A stretch of 64,000 nt of DNA from Flavitalea sp. (GCA_035489435.1 DATHKG010000005.1), one strand, 5' to 3'. Shown: positions 9,712-21,300, counted from the first letter of the stretch. Notes: generated from the sequence alone by a model not told the origin. A program made the numbers and translations.

Positions 9712-10309
9712 CAGCTATGGAATATTCTTTACAGAGATTGGGCAAAAAAATCCTACTTGATGCAAAAGACTTTCATGATATTTTTGATCAGTTCCAGGAT
9801 GCTGAAATAACGAAATATGGCGCCTTTTACTTTGATGATATGATTTATGTGGTGGACTTTGTCGGGATCAAAGCAAGAAGAGGAAAAAAAGATATGTTGC
9901 TCGTTCAATGCCACTACAAGGAATTAGTGATGTGCCTGCGCAATTAGCTTTAAAGCGGCCGGTTATTTGTAGCTTTAAATATGACGAATACTGGTTTGAT
10001 AAAAAAGTTTCAAAAACGGGACTGATTGATTTTGTCATGACTAAAGGGGCCATGCCAGGCGAAACAGTAGGAGTGATAATAAGCTGGAACCCTGTGAATG
10101 AACAAATCAAATTACTTACTCCCTGGGTTAAATGGGGAAACAAAGGAGTAGCGGTGATAACTAAAGACGCCATGGAACATGTACGGCCCCGTAATCTGCG
10201 TGTAATCGAAGCTGTTGAAAAACCTTCTCCATATAGCAAGCCCTTATTGGACCTGTCAAATAAAATGGCTGCAGAAAATCGAAAAAAGCCGCGAAAAGTA
10301 AAAGCATAG
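9699..10309 (+). other. two overlapping short ORFs (GTG-start 82 aa; 133 aa) in different frames downstream of the TIR-like fragment; possibly remnants of the same disrupted gene
   Basis: Consecutive frames 1, 3, 2. A7 homopolymer runs at 9746-9752 and 9884-9890. No confident domain. Confidence 0.25.
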
Positions 10310-10880
10310 CAATTTAGAAGATGGCTTCACCGTTTTATAGTCCTTAATGTTATGTATTCTTTGTGCATTCACTCGTTGTTGTAAACCTTCATACAATAAT
10401 CAATAATCGACTAACCCTTCAATGGCTCCAGCATTTTTGTTCGCTGAGGGTCTTCAATCACAGTATGAGGGAATGGATATAATGCTATGTTTTTTAGAAT
10501 CATTTTTTAAATTAAAAAGAAGGTCGCTGAGTACAAAAAAATGAAAAGCAATTAAGAACTTCACTAACTTTAAATATCACTAATCTAATATCCCATAATC
10601 TCTGCTGCGTAGTATTATCCTGGAAAACCGGGGTTGATTAACATCCCAGAATGATGGGTCGACGTTAATAAAATTTACATTTGATTGCAGACCGGTTATC
10701 CCTCTGATAGTTAAAGCAAAGCATTAGTAGCCGACGAGGGCTAATTCTTAAAAAATAATTTTATTTATCGATTTCCTGATAAGAGAGCTTTTGTATTAGT
10801 ACGAACAGAACATAACTTTTCCCTCTGCATAAAGATTATGCACGGGGCCTTGTCTATAATAAAACCCCCTGACAAATTTT

Positions 10881-13800
10881 ATGGCAGAATTTACTTTTAA
10901 GTTTTATGGTTCGCCTGTTGAAATACCTTCAGAAACCAACCTGCAACTCAGGAGCATACAGCCGGATTTAATCATAACCGAGTACAGAGCCATCACAGTT
11001 CGTTCAGCTGAATCCAAACCGGAAATAATAACAGTCTCAGAAGACACTATTGTGGCCCTTGAGATGAGCAACGATGTTGAATGGCATTACAATAAAGAAG
11101 AATTTGAAGAGTTTCTAGAAAAACAACCTGGTACCCGAAGTGCTGATAATATCCCCGAAGTACCAGGCTTTTTCAGTTCGACGACCAATACCCGGGGATT
11201 CGAAGATATAATTGTGACAAAAGCCTTAAAGGTAATTACTGGCCTGGCAGCAAAGCATACTGCAGAACTCCTGGTAGAAAAAATGGAAGCCAAGCTTGAG
11301 ATAGGCTTACACAGGTTGGATGATAATTTCAAATTTATAAAATTTGATAAGGCAAACATCGAAAACAGCAAACCATACTTGCTGTTTATCCACGGTACTA
11401 ACTCTAACACGAGCGGCGCTTTTAGTGGTTTGAAAAAAAACAAAGCCTTTGATAAGCTATATAAATTCTATGAAGGACGGGTATTGGCATTTGAACACAA
11501 AACCCTTTCAGAGAGCCCGCTGAAGAATGCCACCGATTTATTAACTGCATTGCCGGATCAAATAACACTCGATATTGTTTCTCATTCAAGGGGAGGGCTG
11601 ATTGCGGACCTGCTTGCCCGGTGTAGTAAATCAGGACTCCCATTTGACGACGCCGAACTTAAAATCATCAATGCGAACATGGATTTTCTGCCGCTAAAAA
11701 AGGAAGTAGAAGCAGCTAATCATGCAGCAACTAATAAAAATATCACAGTTCCCAAGATAGTGAGGGTAGCGGCCCCTTCGGCCGGAACGGTGTTGATTGA
11801 CTCGCGGCTTGATAATCTCGTAAATGTATTTTGCAACCTTATAAAACTTATTCCTGGCGCAGCGGCCTGTATGCCTCTGGGACTATTCCTTGATTTTGCC
11901 AGGGCTGTGGTCCGTGAAAGAACGGATATCAATGTATTTCCGGGAGTTGCTGCGCAAATACCCGGTTCGCCGCTTATCAGGCTACTAAATAATCCCAACA
12001 GGGAAATAGAATCTCAATTATTTGTTATTTCAGGCGATGTGGAAGCGAGTGGTATTGTAAAAACCTTGCAGGTAATGTCCACCAACCTTTATTTTGGTGA
12101 AGCGCATGACCTGGTAGTAAACAGCAATTCCATGTTTAAAGGCACTTACAGAAAGACCAATGTTCTTGAACATTTTGAACAGGATCCAGCAGTCAATCAT
12201 TTTAATTACTTTATCAATACCTCCAGCCAGGACGCATTGATTGAGGCTCTTACCGAACCTTCAAAGATCGGAAGCAGCTATCAGAGTCTGGGCATTTCAA
12301 AAACGATTTCAGTTTTTCATGAACGTGGTATAACCGGTAAAAAGCCCCTGGTGTATATCATACCTGGCATTACAAACACCGAGCTGGAATCTACTATTAC
12401 TGATGAAGTTGGCAATACAAGGAATGAAAGATTGTGGATCAATTTTCTTGGAATTGCAACGGGGGCCATTTCCAAACTCAAAGCCGGTAAAGCCGGTATT
12501 AAACCCACTGCAGTGCAGCAGCAGGTATATGGTGAATTGATGAATTATCTGAATACTGATTTTGATGTAAAGCCTTTTCCGTACGACTGGCGACTCGATC
12601 TCGCTGACGCTGGCAATAAGTTGGCTGAGGATATTCAACAGGTGCTTGACAGTAATGAAAGAACCAACAAAGAATTTCACTTTATTACACATTCAATGGG
12701 TGGCCTGGTTCTTAGAGCCATGATTAGTCTACACAACGATCTTTGGAAAACAATCACCGTAAATAAAAAAACAAAAGTGTTGATGCTTGGTGTGCCCAAT
12801 GATGGATCTTATTCGATCATAAGACTCCTCCTGGGAAAGGACGCAGTGATTAAAAAGCTGGCATTGCTTGATTTTGTGCATTCCAAAACTGAGCTGCTGG
12901 AGATTTTTAAGAACTTCACAGGTTTGTTGCAGCTACTGCCCAAAAACGATTCGCGCATATTTGGTGAAGCTTTATGGAAAGAGATGGTTTCAGCCAATAA
13001 CAATGCAGGCGCAGTGCCGTCCGCAGAACAATTAAAAATGGCCGAGGATTTTTTTAACATAATAAAAGATACCGAATTCGACAATGAAATATTCAGGTAT
13101 GTTGCAGGTCAGGCTGACGATACCCCGATAGGTTATACTATTGATAAAATGGAAAACAGAATTTCTTTTATCGGTAGCGCTGAAGGGGACGGAAGGGTTT
13201 TATGGAGCACCATACCGGACGCATTAAAATCAGAAAATGTTTATTACGTCAATACAGACCACGGTAGTATTCCCCAATATGAACAGGGATTTGAAGGTTT
13301 CAGGGATTTGCTACTTAGAGGCAAAACCGATGCGCCGGCATTGTCAAAACAGAGGCCTGTCAATCGGAGCCCTATGGGACCAAAGCAAATGCCCGACAGT
13401 GATTATGTTACCATCCCCAGCGAGTTTGAGTTTACAAATCATCTGCTTAGCAATACAGAACCCGTCAGAAAATCGGTCCCCAAAGATCCCATAGGTGTAA
13501 GCGTTATGAATGGAGACCTGGTGCATTCGAAGTATCCGGTGGTAGTGGGCCATTTTAAAGGAGATGGGATTGTAAACGCAGAAAAGTACCTCGACCAGGC
13601 CCTGGGTTTCAGGTTAAGCGAATATCATTTCATGAATAATTATCCTGGAGAAATCGGAACGCACCTTGTTATCCTGGATGACAACAAAGAAAAAAAGGGC
13701 ACCATGACCTGCGAAGGAGTTGTAGTGGGCCTGGGTGAGTTTGGCGCACTTACAGAAGGCAGGCTCCTGGTCTCTTTAACACAGGCGTTTCTTACACTTG

Positions 13801-16265
13801 CTATCAGGTTCAATGAATTATTGAAGAATAAACAAAATGATCCAAACGATGTGGTCGAGTTTGGTATTTCTGCGCTCACTGTCGGAAGTGATTTTGCCGG
13901 TTTGCGGATAACTACCTCCGTAAAAACAATTTTTCTGGCAGTGCTGCAGGCAAATGAAAAGCTGGATACGATGAGCAGGCGTGAAAGCGCGAAGTTTAAT
14001 TATAAGAAAATCAACCACATTGAAGTGGTTGAAATATACCAGCACAAATCCGTCCAGGTGGGCAGGATCATTGGCGATCTGCTTGTTCAGGACGGGTTTA
14101 ATAATTTCCGTTTTGTGCCACCAGAGATACGCCTGGGATCAGGCGCACTCAGCAGGATTGCAAATGAAAACGTAATGGAAAACTGGCACCGGCTGGAAGT
14201 GACCGTGACTGATAAAAATGATTTCACCAATACCAATAAAAACGATGATGACGATACAGAGAAAAATAGAAAAAGTCCTGCAGGAAATACCTTACCCATC
14301 CGCTTTACCGCACTCACCGATAAGGCCCATGCGGATGAAAATCTATTACCTGCTAACAGGTTGATAGTAGATACACTCATGGAAAGACTTTCAAAACATT
14401 CTAAATGGGACAAAGCATTTTCCCAAACTTTGTATGAATTGCTGATTCCCAATAACTTTAAAGGTTTTGGCTCCAGTTTACATAACCTGGTGCTTATTGT
14501 AGATAAGCATACTGCACGTTACCCCTGGGAATTGCTCCACGATGCTAACGGCATATCAGATAAACCAATGGTGATAAATACCGGTATTGTTCGCCAATTG
14601 AAATCTGGTGAACAACGTGAGAATATTATTATAAACAGTAGTAACCGGGCGTTGGTAATTGGCAACCCTTTTACTGATGGCAGATACCCTTCTCTACCTG
14701 CTGCAGAAATGGAAGCAAAGGCCGTACAGCAAATTTTACTGGACAACGGGCTGGAAACGACACCCAGCATAGCCGAACAGGATATTTACATTATACAGAA
14801 ATTGTTAACCAGGAGTTATAAGATCATTCACATAGCCTCACATGGAATTGTGGGCAAAACCGCCGAAGAAGCTACAGGCGTCATATTTGGCAAGGAAATC
14901 ATTTTTACTGCCGGTGATTTTGACCAGATAAGGGTTGTACCTGAATTTGTATTTATTAACTGTTGCTCATCTGATAAGTACGACCCTGCCATTGCAGAAC
15001 AGATGCAACAGAAGTACCGACTGGCTGCGAGTGTGGGTACTCAATTAATCCAGATGGGCGTAAAAGCTGCGATTGTTACCGGCTGGGAAATTGACGATTC
15101 AGCCGCAAAAACATTTTCTTCATGCTTTTATAAATACATGTTTGAAGGTTATAATTTCGGTGATTCCGTAAGGGAAGCACGTTCGAAAACCTACAGCAAA
15201 CACCCACTTACCAATACCTGGGGCGCTTATCAATGCTACGGAGACCCTTTTTATGCTTTCAAGAATAGCAGCAGTATAAGGAAATTAAAATACAATTTTG
15301 TGTCCCCCATTGAAGTCATTGCTGAAATGGATAATCTGATTGGAGAGATGACCAGCGGATTAAAAAGAAAAGAAAAAAAAGAATGGCAGAAAAAAATTGA
15401 AGACATCATTGATGGCCTGTATTTTTCGTGGCGCCAGAATGCGACAATAATGGAAAAGATTGCATCTGCCTACAGAACGATTGGCTTCTACCAAGATGCC
15501 ATCAAGTACTACGAACAAATTTTTGATCTTGAAAACGCTGTCTATACTGTTAAATCCCTCGAACAGTACTACAATGTAAAAATCCGTTTTGCAATAGATC
15601 AATGGAAGAATAAAAAAATAAATAGTGAGGACGCGTCAAAAATATTTGATAATGCTATTGAGGGATTAAAAAAGTTGAACGGAAACACCCTGGAAAGATA
15701 TAGCCTGATTGCAGCCAGTTACCGTCGTTTTTCTGAAATCAGTAACGACGATATCGCTCACCTGATTGAAGCCGCCAGGTATTATCACCTGGCTTACCAG
15801 CATGGGCTAAAAACAACTGGTTATATCGAGTCTTATCCTTATTTTAACTGGCTGCATTTTGCCATATTACTTGATGGTTACGGCGACGGCGATGATTTCC
15901 TCAAAATACCTGGAAAAAGGGAAGAGCTGGACAAGAAAGCGCTGGACTACGCAAAAAAATCCGATTTGCAAGAACCTAATTTTTCCAAAAAAACAGCAGG
16001 TTCTTCCCATTACATTGCCCTTCTGTTATTAGCCAGCAACGCAGAGGAGATAGACAAATTTTCAACACTAATTATAAATAATTTCGAAGGGGCGTGGAAA
16101 AAGGAAGGCGATGAGAATTCCAGGGATTCTTTTACCAGCTATTTAAGTTCGATCGTTGGGTTAATAAGAAAGCTTAATCCCAAAGAGATGTTGCTCAAAG
16201 AAGAAAAAATGGAATCACTGGAAGCAGTCAAACGCAAGATAGAAACACAATCGCACACCGGCTGA
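10881..16265 (+). CDS. giant multidomain protein: alpha/beta-hydrolase lipase + LCAT-like phospholipase/acyltransferase + CHAT protease + C-terminal helical repeats
   Basis: 1794 aa. Domain 1 (about 11330-11900): LLFIHGTNSNTSGAF oxyanion motif and IVSHSRGG nucleophile elbow. Domain 2 (about 12330-13300): FPYDWRLD plus FITHSMGGLVLR, the LCAT/PGAP1-like signature. CHAT (about 14740-15250): IIHIASHG...FVFINCCSS His/Cys dyad plus LAASVGTQLIQMGVKAAIVTGWEIDD. The C-terminal 350 aa are TPR-like helical. Confidence 0.85.
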   Translation: MAEFTFKFYGSPVEIPSETNLQLRSIQPDLIITEYRAITVRSAESKPEIITVSEDTIVALEMSNDVEWHYNKEEFEEFLEKQPGTRSADNIPEVPGFFSSTTNTRGFEDIIVTKALKVITGLAAKHTAELLVEKMEAKLEIGLHRLDDNFKFIKFDKANIENSKPYLLFIHGTNSNTSGAFSGLKKNKAFDKLYKFYEGRVLAFEHKTLSESPLKNATDLLTALPDQITLDIVSHSRGGLIADLLARCSKSGLPFDDAELKIINANMDFLPLKKEVEAANHAATNKNITVPKIVRVAAPSAGTVLIDSRLDNLVNVFCNLIKLIPGAAACMPLGLFLDFARAVVRERTDINVFPGVAAQIPGSPLIRLLNNPNREIESQLFVISGDVEASGIVKTLQVMSTNLYFGEAHDLVVNSNSMFKGTYRKTNVLEHFEQDPAVNHFNYFINTSSQDALIEALTEPSKIGSSYQSLGISKTISVFHERGITGKKPLVYIIPGITNTELESTITDEVGNTRNERLWINFLGIATGAISKLKAGKAGIKPTAVQQQVYGELMNYLNTDFDVKPFPYDWRLDLADAGNKLAEDIQQVLDSNERTNKEFHFITHSMGGLVLRAMISLHNDLWKTITVNKKTKVLMLGVPNDGSYSIIRLLLGKDAVIKKLALLDFVHSKTELLEIFKNFTGLLQLLPKNDSRIFGEALWKEMVSANNNAGAVPSAEQLKMAEDFFNIIKDTEFDNEIFRYVAGQADDTPIGYTIDKMENRISFIGSAEGDGRVLWSTIPDALKSENVYYVNTDHGSIPQYEQGFEGFRDLLLRGKTDAPALSKQRPVNRSPMGPKQMPDSDYVTIPSEFEFTNHLLSNTEPVRKSVPKDPIGVSVMNGDLVHSKYPVVVGHFKGDGIVNAEKYLDQALGFRLSEYHFMNNYPGEIGTHLVILDDNKEKKGTMTCEGVVVGLGEFGALTEGRLLVSLTQAFLTLAIRFNELLKNKQNDPNDVVEFGISALTVGSDFAGLRITTSVKTIFLAVLQANEKLDTMSRRESAKFNYKKINHIEVVEIYQHKSVQVGRIIGDLLVQDGFNNFRFVPPEIRLGSGALSRIANENVMENWHRLEVTVTDKNDFTNTNKNDDDDTEKNRKSPAGNTLPIRFTALTDKAHADENLLPANRLIVDTLMERLSKHSKWDKAFSQTLYELLIPNNFKGFGSSLHNLVLIVDKHTARYPWELLHDANGISDKPMVINTGIVRQLKSGEQRENIIINSSNRALVIGNPFTDGRYPSLPAAEMEAKAVQQILLDNGLETTPSIAEQDIYIIQKLLTRSYKIIHIASHGIVGKTAEEATGVIFGKEIIFTAGDFDQIRVVPEFVFINCCSSDKYDPAIAEQMQQKYRLAASVGTQLIQMGVKAAIVTGWEIDDSAAKTFSSCFYKYMFEGYNFGDSVREARSKTYSKHPLTNTWGAYQCYGDPFYAFKNSSSIRKLKYNFVSPIEVIAEMDNLIGEMTSGLKRKEKKEWQKKIEDIIDGLYFSWRQNATIMEKIASAYRTIGFYQDAIKYYEQIFDLENAVYTVKSLEQYYNVKIRFAIDQWKNKKINSEDASKIFDNAIEGLKKLNGNTLERYSLIAASYRRFSEISNDDIAHLIEAARYYHLAYQHGLKTTGYIESYPYFNWLHFAILLDGYGDGDDFLKIPGKREELDKKALDYAKKSDLQEPNFSKKTAGSSHYIALLLLASNAEEIDKFSTLIINNFEGAWKKEGDENSRDSFTSYLSSIVGLIRKLNPKEMLLKEEKMESLEAVKRKIETQSHTG

Positions 16266-16396
16266 TAAATTAATCGAGTGTGCTAGAAATCCAACCTGGC
16301 AGGTTAATTTATTATTCAGAGTTTTTACTCAAATGTCCTATTAATGCAATAGTTGTTAAAAGTCTCATGAAAGTAGCAATCACTGTCCAGTCGATA

Positions 16397-17731
16397 CTAT
16401 AGTTTATCGATCGAAATGCTGTAAACATTTTTTTTCCTGTTATTGGTTTGTGTATAAAATGCTTCTGCCTCACAAATGAGTTTGTCGAAATGACAGTAGA
16501 AATTTTCTTTTGAACTATATTCTATGATCGAGTGAACCCATCCATATTTATAATAGTCTACGAACAAGCTAAACGGCTTCGTTTTGCTTTTTTCAGAGCT
16601 CTCAATTATCGGAATAACAGGTATCTGAAATTCACCAACAAAAGCATGTAACTCCTGGGCAATTGATGACGGATCTGTTAGGTCTGCAATGATAAAGCGG
16701 GACATGCCCGCTAATACAGTAATGACTTGTGTGAAGTCTTGGTTCTCACTTTTTTCGAAATCAAAAATTATCGGAATGTATTTTGTCCCGTTTATCTTTT
16801 TATTCGCAAGTTTGTCACGAATATTGTTCAAAAACTCCTTTCTATCATCTCTAAAACGTCCCAATATTAAGACAATTGAAGAATGGGTAGATTTAAAAAC
16901 ATTAGTGAGGTTTTTATTATTTAAGATAAAAAAAAGAAATTGTGCCATACTTAGATCATCCACAGATAAAGTGGTTAACTCCTCATTTTCACTCATTTTG
17001 TAAACTATCTTTAGTTCTTTCTGATCTGCTTGATCCAAATCTTTTATATCCCAGGCTGAGCTCCCGTAAACCTTGCAATTTTTGATTTGAGTTTTCTGGT
17101 CCTGGTCTTTCGTAAACTCCGTCCCAGCGATTTGGCTTCCTTGAAGGTTTGCTCCTGAAAGATTTGCTCCCCAAAGCTTAGTTTTGTAAAAATCCGTTCT
17201 GCAGAAATTTGCTTCTACTAGAGTTGCTTTCATAAGTTTTGCCTCTCCAAGGTTTGCCTCATGAAAGTTTGCCTTTGTAAGATCAACACCCACTAGATTG
17301 GATTGAATGAGATTTGCATTGCTAAAATTAATGCCTTGTAACCCGTTGGATTTAATGCCCTGGTTTTTTTCTTTAATTTTGTCAAAGTTTAGCTCATATA
17401 GAATTGGTCTGATATGAGGATGGTTTACCCGCCATTCGTTCCACGATTGCACACCTCGTGCTAGTTCCTTGATGTGCTTGCGTCGCTTTTTTGCAAACAA
17501 ACATTTTGTGGGATGATTTTTAATGATCTCAATTCCTAAATTGTTGAGGGTTATTCCATGTAAGCCTTTACAAAAATCCTTTTTACCGTCTGCATGAGCA
17601 TAATCATAATAGTATTCCCCATGTTCTTTTATATATGGATATCGTTCCCCTTCGATTTTGATAAAGTTATCATCAAGATCGATAGTTTTTCCTTTATAAT
17701 ATTCTGCCATTTTAAATAATTTTATTATCAA
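16397..17731 (-). CDS. pentapeptide-repeat protein with uncharacterised C-terminal alpha/beta domain
   Basis: 444 aa. Central ANLIQSNLVGVDLTKANFHEANLGEAKLMKATLVEANFCRTDFYKTKLWGANLSGANLQGSQIAGTEF is a pentapeptide repeat. The C-terminal part (IVLILGRF...IPIIFDFEKS...RFIIADLTDPSSIAQEL) alternates beta/alpha like a Rossmann-type fold. Confidence 0.8.
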   Translation of the reverse strand: MIIKLFKMAEYYKGKTIDLDDNFIKIEGERYPYIKEHGEYYYDYAHADGKKDFCKGLHGITLNNLGIEIIKNHPTKCLFAKKRRKHIKELARGVQSWNEWRVNHPHIRPILYELNFDKIKEKNQGIKSNGLQGINFSNANLIQSNLVGVDLTKANFHEANLGEAKLMKATLVEANFCRTDFYKTKLWGANLSGANLQGSQIAGTEFTKDQDQKTQIKNCKVYGSSAWDIKDLDQADQKELKIVYKMSENEELTTLSVDDLSMAQFLFFILNNKNLTNVFKSTHSSIVLILGRFRDDRKEFLNNIRDKLANKKINGTKYIPIIFDFEKSENQDFTQVITVLAGMSRFIIADLTDPSSIAQELHAFVGEFQIPVIPIIESSEKSKTKPFSLFVDYYKYGWVHSIIEYSSKENFYCHFDKLICEAEAFYTQTNNRKKNVYSISIDKL

Positions 17732-18311
17732 TACTGCCGATATTTAGATAATCATATATTGCATAGGGCTTTGCAATGTCTAATCAGTGATAAAAGTCTT
17801 TGTAGTAAGTATAAGAACCCAAACTCCTGATAGATCATTATTAATCAGAACCTATTGCTATGCTCTTCTAAATTCTCAAACGTTTCAAGAAGCTGGCAGA
17901 GCGTTGCATCCATTGCAGTCATTTGATCAGTGGCGGATGTCTCAGAAACCTGGCTCTTTTTTGGATACAGAGGGTCGGATTTTTTTCAATCAGATAAATC
18001 CTACTTTGCAAACAGCGGTATTCGGAAAAATACTTTTTATACACGCTGCCCCTGATATTTAATCAAGCGATCAAAATTCTGTGTCATTTGTTGAAAAATA
18101 ATCATGGTCGAAGGCAAGGACAACGCTATATAATCACAAAGAGGGACGATTATCTTTCGCATATTTGCGGCGGGATAGCGATTTTTCATTTAGGTCATAT
18201 TCATCATTTTTGGTATAAGAGGCATCTTTTCATAGTCAACTACCAGATTGTAAAAATTTATTTGATGTCATGCATTTGCTTCCGCGATCAGTCTATTTTT
18301 CTGTTTAGTGT

Positions 18312-21300
18312 TTATGTGCCGTTGCTAATCGCCTTCGCAATAGCTTCCAAATGCTCGTTAAAGCTACTCAATTGAATAAGCATTTGACCAGAAGTATCAT
18401 TCTGATCCAACCCCCCAAACTTGTTGTTCTTTCGAAAAACTGTTTTGATTTGTTCCCAGCGTTCGAGTTCAGGTGCGGTAATATAACCGCCAAGTTCTTT
18501 TAGCTTAAGCAGGTTTGCCTCAGCATCCGAGGTTAATGTTTGTGATTCACTTTCGTAGTGGGAGAGGATCAGTGTTCGAACCTCTTCGATGTTCATCAAT
18601 GGTACAACTTTGCCGACCATCTTGTTCATGTTCCGATAAGACCCCTGCAATTTAAAAGAGGGCTCTGTGCGATAAGCATCTTTCATGGCAGCGCTTGCGA
18701 TGTATTGCTGGTTCACGCGGATCACAATGTCGCGAATCATTAAGATGGACCGAAGAACAGCGAGCGCATCATCGACTTCCTGGCCCTGGTAATTGCCTTC
18801 AAGAGCGGGCAGCATTTCCGCGGATGTTTCAATGTAGTTGATGAGTTTATGAAGATCCTCAAAGCTTCGGTTTGAGATTTTTTGCAGGTAACGGTTTTCG
18901 GCAACGGCGTTTTCAATTAAGCTAAGGTTGAATAGATGATCGGAAGTGCCAATTACATCACCAAGGTTATAAACATCAGCCCGGTTTGCAAGCATGTCGG
19001 GAATCTTGAATTGCTCACCGCTTTCTGTGTAGGGGTTACCCGCCATTACCACGCAAAAACGTTTTCCGCGCAAATCATAAGTCTTGCTATCACCTTCGAA
19101 GATACCATCCATCTTGCGCTGACCATCGGCCAGGGAGATAAACTTTTGCAGGAACTCGGGACTGCAATGCTGGATATCATCCAGGTAAAGCATAACGTTA
19201 TCGGCCATCTCAAAAGCCAGGTTGATCTTTTTGAGTTCTTCACGGGCACCGGAAGTGGTTGCTTCGACGGGATCGATAGATGTGATACGATGACCAATGC
19301 TTGGCCCATTGATTTTCACGAAATGCAGACCCATCGTTTTGGAGAGGTACTCCATCAAGGTGGTTTTACCATAACCTGGAGGGGAGATCAGGAGTAGCAT
19401 ACCCATACGGGCTGTGCGTTTATCATCACCAGCTGCACCGATCTGCTTTGCGAGATTTGAACCGATCAAAGGAAAATATATTTCATTGATCAGGCGGTTT
19501 CGTACAAATGAACTCAAGACGCGCGGTTCAAACTCACCGATCTTCAAAGCATGTTTGTAGCTTTTTGTAAGGTCGCTCTTGACTTTGTTGAAGGCTTCAA
19601 AAGCGGGAACAACGGTCGAGGTGTAGTTCTCCATCTTTGAAAGGAAAGAATGGAAGTTCAGGTTGTATTGCTGCCCTGAAATGACAGCATGCGTGCCCTT
19701 CAATCCATTAATCTGGCTTGAGTCTGAAGTGGCGCGCTCTTTATAAGGATGGCTCTTGAATAGAAGTAGACAGGCGGCTTCATCAATATAGGTTGCATCA
19801 TACCCGCCTTGCTGCAAAAATGCCTGCAGCCAATTCTTTATAATCTGGAACCGGTCTTCAACACTGAATCCTGCATTTTCTGTATCCTTTGCAAAAACAT
19901 CAAAACGTTTTTGCGCTTGGAGGAATTCATTAAATCCTTTTTTGATGTGGATGGCCTGCTCACTGGCAGTGAAACTTAGGTTTGATGCAAATTCCTCATA
20001 AAGATATTGTGCAACATCATTAATGTGTGCAATGACGTATGTATCGTTAGCTCCGTTAGCTCCGTGAGCGCCGGTAACTCCGGCAACTCCGGCAAGCCCT
20101 ATGGCACCTGCAGTATTTGAAGCATTGAACGTATTTTTGCCATTACCATTATGTGTATTAGTAGAAATGGCATTAACGGTGTTGGATGTAATGGAAGTGC
20201 TTGCAGAATTGCTTCCGTTTGTGTTATTTGAAGCGCTGGTAGTGTCGCCAGTGTTAAGACCTACATAAAGCCTGTACTTATTTACAATCTCATTTACCAC
20301 ATAAGCGGACTGCCTGCTTCCTGGAAAACTTTTCTCAATAGAATGAGCTGCAGATATTAACTGCGACAATTTATTTGTAGCTGCTTCATCTATCTGTAAC
20401 CAAAATAGCTGGGCGGCTACGCGAACTGAAGGCGGATAATTCAGGATACCCAGGCCTTCCCGAAGAGAACGAAGTTGCTCAAATATCAGGATCGCATCAG
20501 TATTATGAACACCTTTTAAATAAGCGGCTGCGTAATCACGCTCGACTTTGTCATTGATATAGCTGATATGATCAAAATTATTTTGACCTGCAGTACCGAT
20601 AGCGCCTGCAGTCCCTGCAGTCCCTGCAGTGCCCGCAGTACCTGAAGTGTCATTGGCACCACCTGTACCATTTGTAACAACTGCGGCATCTGTACTTCGG
20701 TGAATAGTAGATGCCACGCCTGTCAAGGAATTTTCATAAGCCTGATAAGCCTGGTATGCCAGATATTCACCACGGTATACCGACGTGTTCTCCGAAATCA
20801 ACTCCTGCTCCCAGATAAAACGATATTGATATAATGCCTCGGCTTTAACCTCCTTATAAAAACTCGTACCGATCAAATGGAAAAACAGCTTCTCATCTCT
20901 CCGGACTATGCTTAAGTCAAGCACCTGTTTATTCACTACGAACTTATAATCACCTAGTGCAATGATGTTCTGGCCATCCACGAACAAATCGGTCTTGTCT
21001 TTTAAGTTGCGAAGTGCATCTTCCTGTGCAACCTTTAATAAGTTCTCAAGATTTTCGGCTTTTGCAACATCGCCCAGCGCAGCAAGGTCAGCGACAAGAC
21101 CGCGTATTTTGCCAATCATTAAATCAGCTGAGAAAAACGCATATATGCTTTCCTTGCTATCAAACGATCGCGCCTTGTTTTCGACGTTCTTCAGAACACG
21201 TAATCCGATTTGTTCCAATGAAGCAGAACGTTTGTTGATCTGCGCGATCAACATTTCCTTCTTGCCATTAAAGGCCTTGATCACTTCGTCACGCTTATCT

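Noticed and set aside
9868-10239. 123-aa minus-strand ORF
   Set aside because: Antisense to the frame-shifted TIR-like ORFs. No motifs. Likely spurious.
16264-16315. 9-bp inverted repeat (GATAAATTAA...TTAATTTAT) between convergent genes as a terminator
   Set aside because: The 33-nt loop and AT-only stem make a weak hairpin. Not a convincing intrinsic terminator.
17787-18375. Two about 90-aa plus-strand ORFs in the spacer between the pentapeptide and giant ATPase genes
   Set aside because: No motifs. The second overlaps the 3' end of the giant gene. Probably non-coding.
20044-20648. Possible CRISPR-like array
   Set aside because: Units are 9 bp, in-frame, and encode G-X-Y peptide repeats with no spacers. 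Not a CRISPR.
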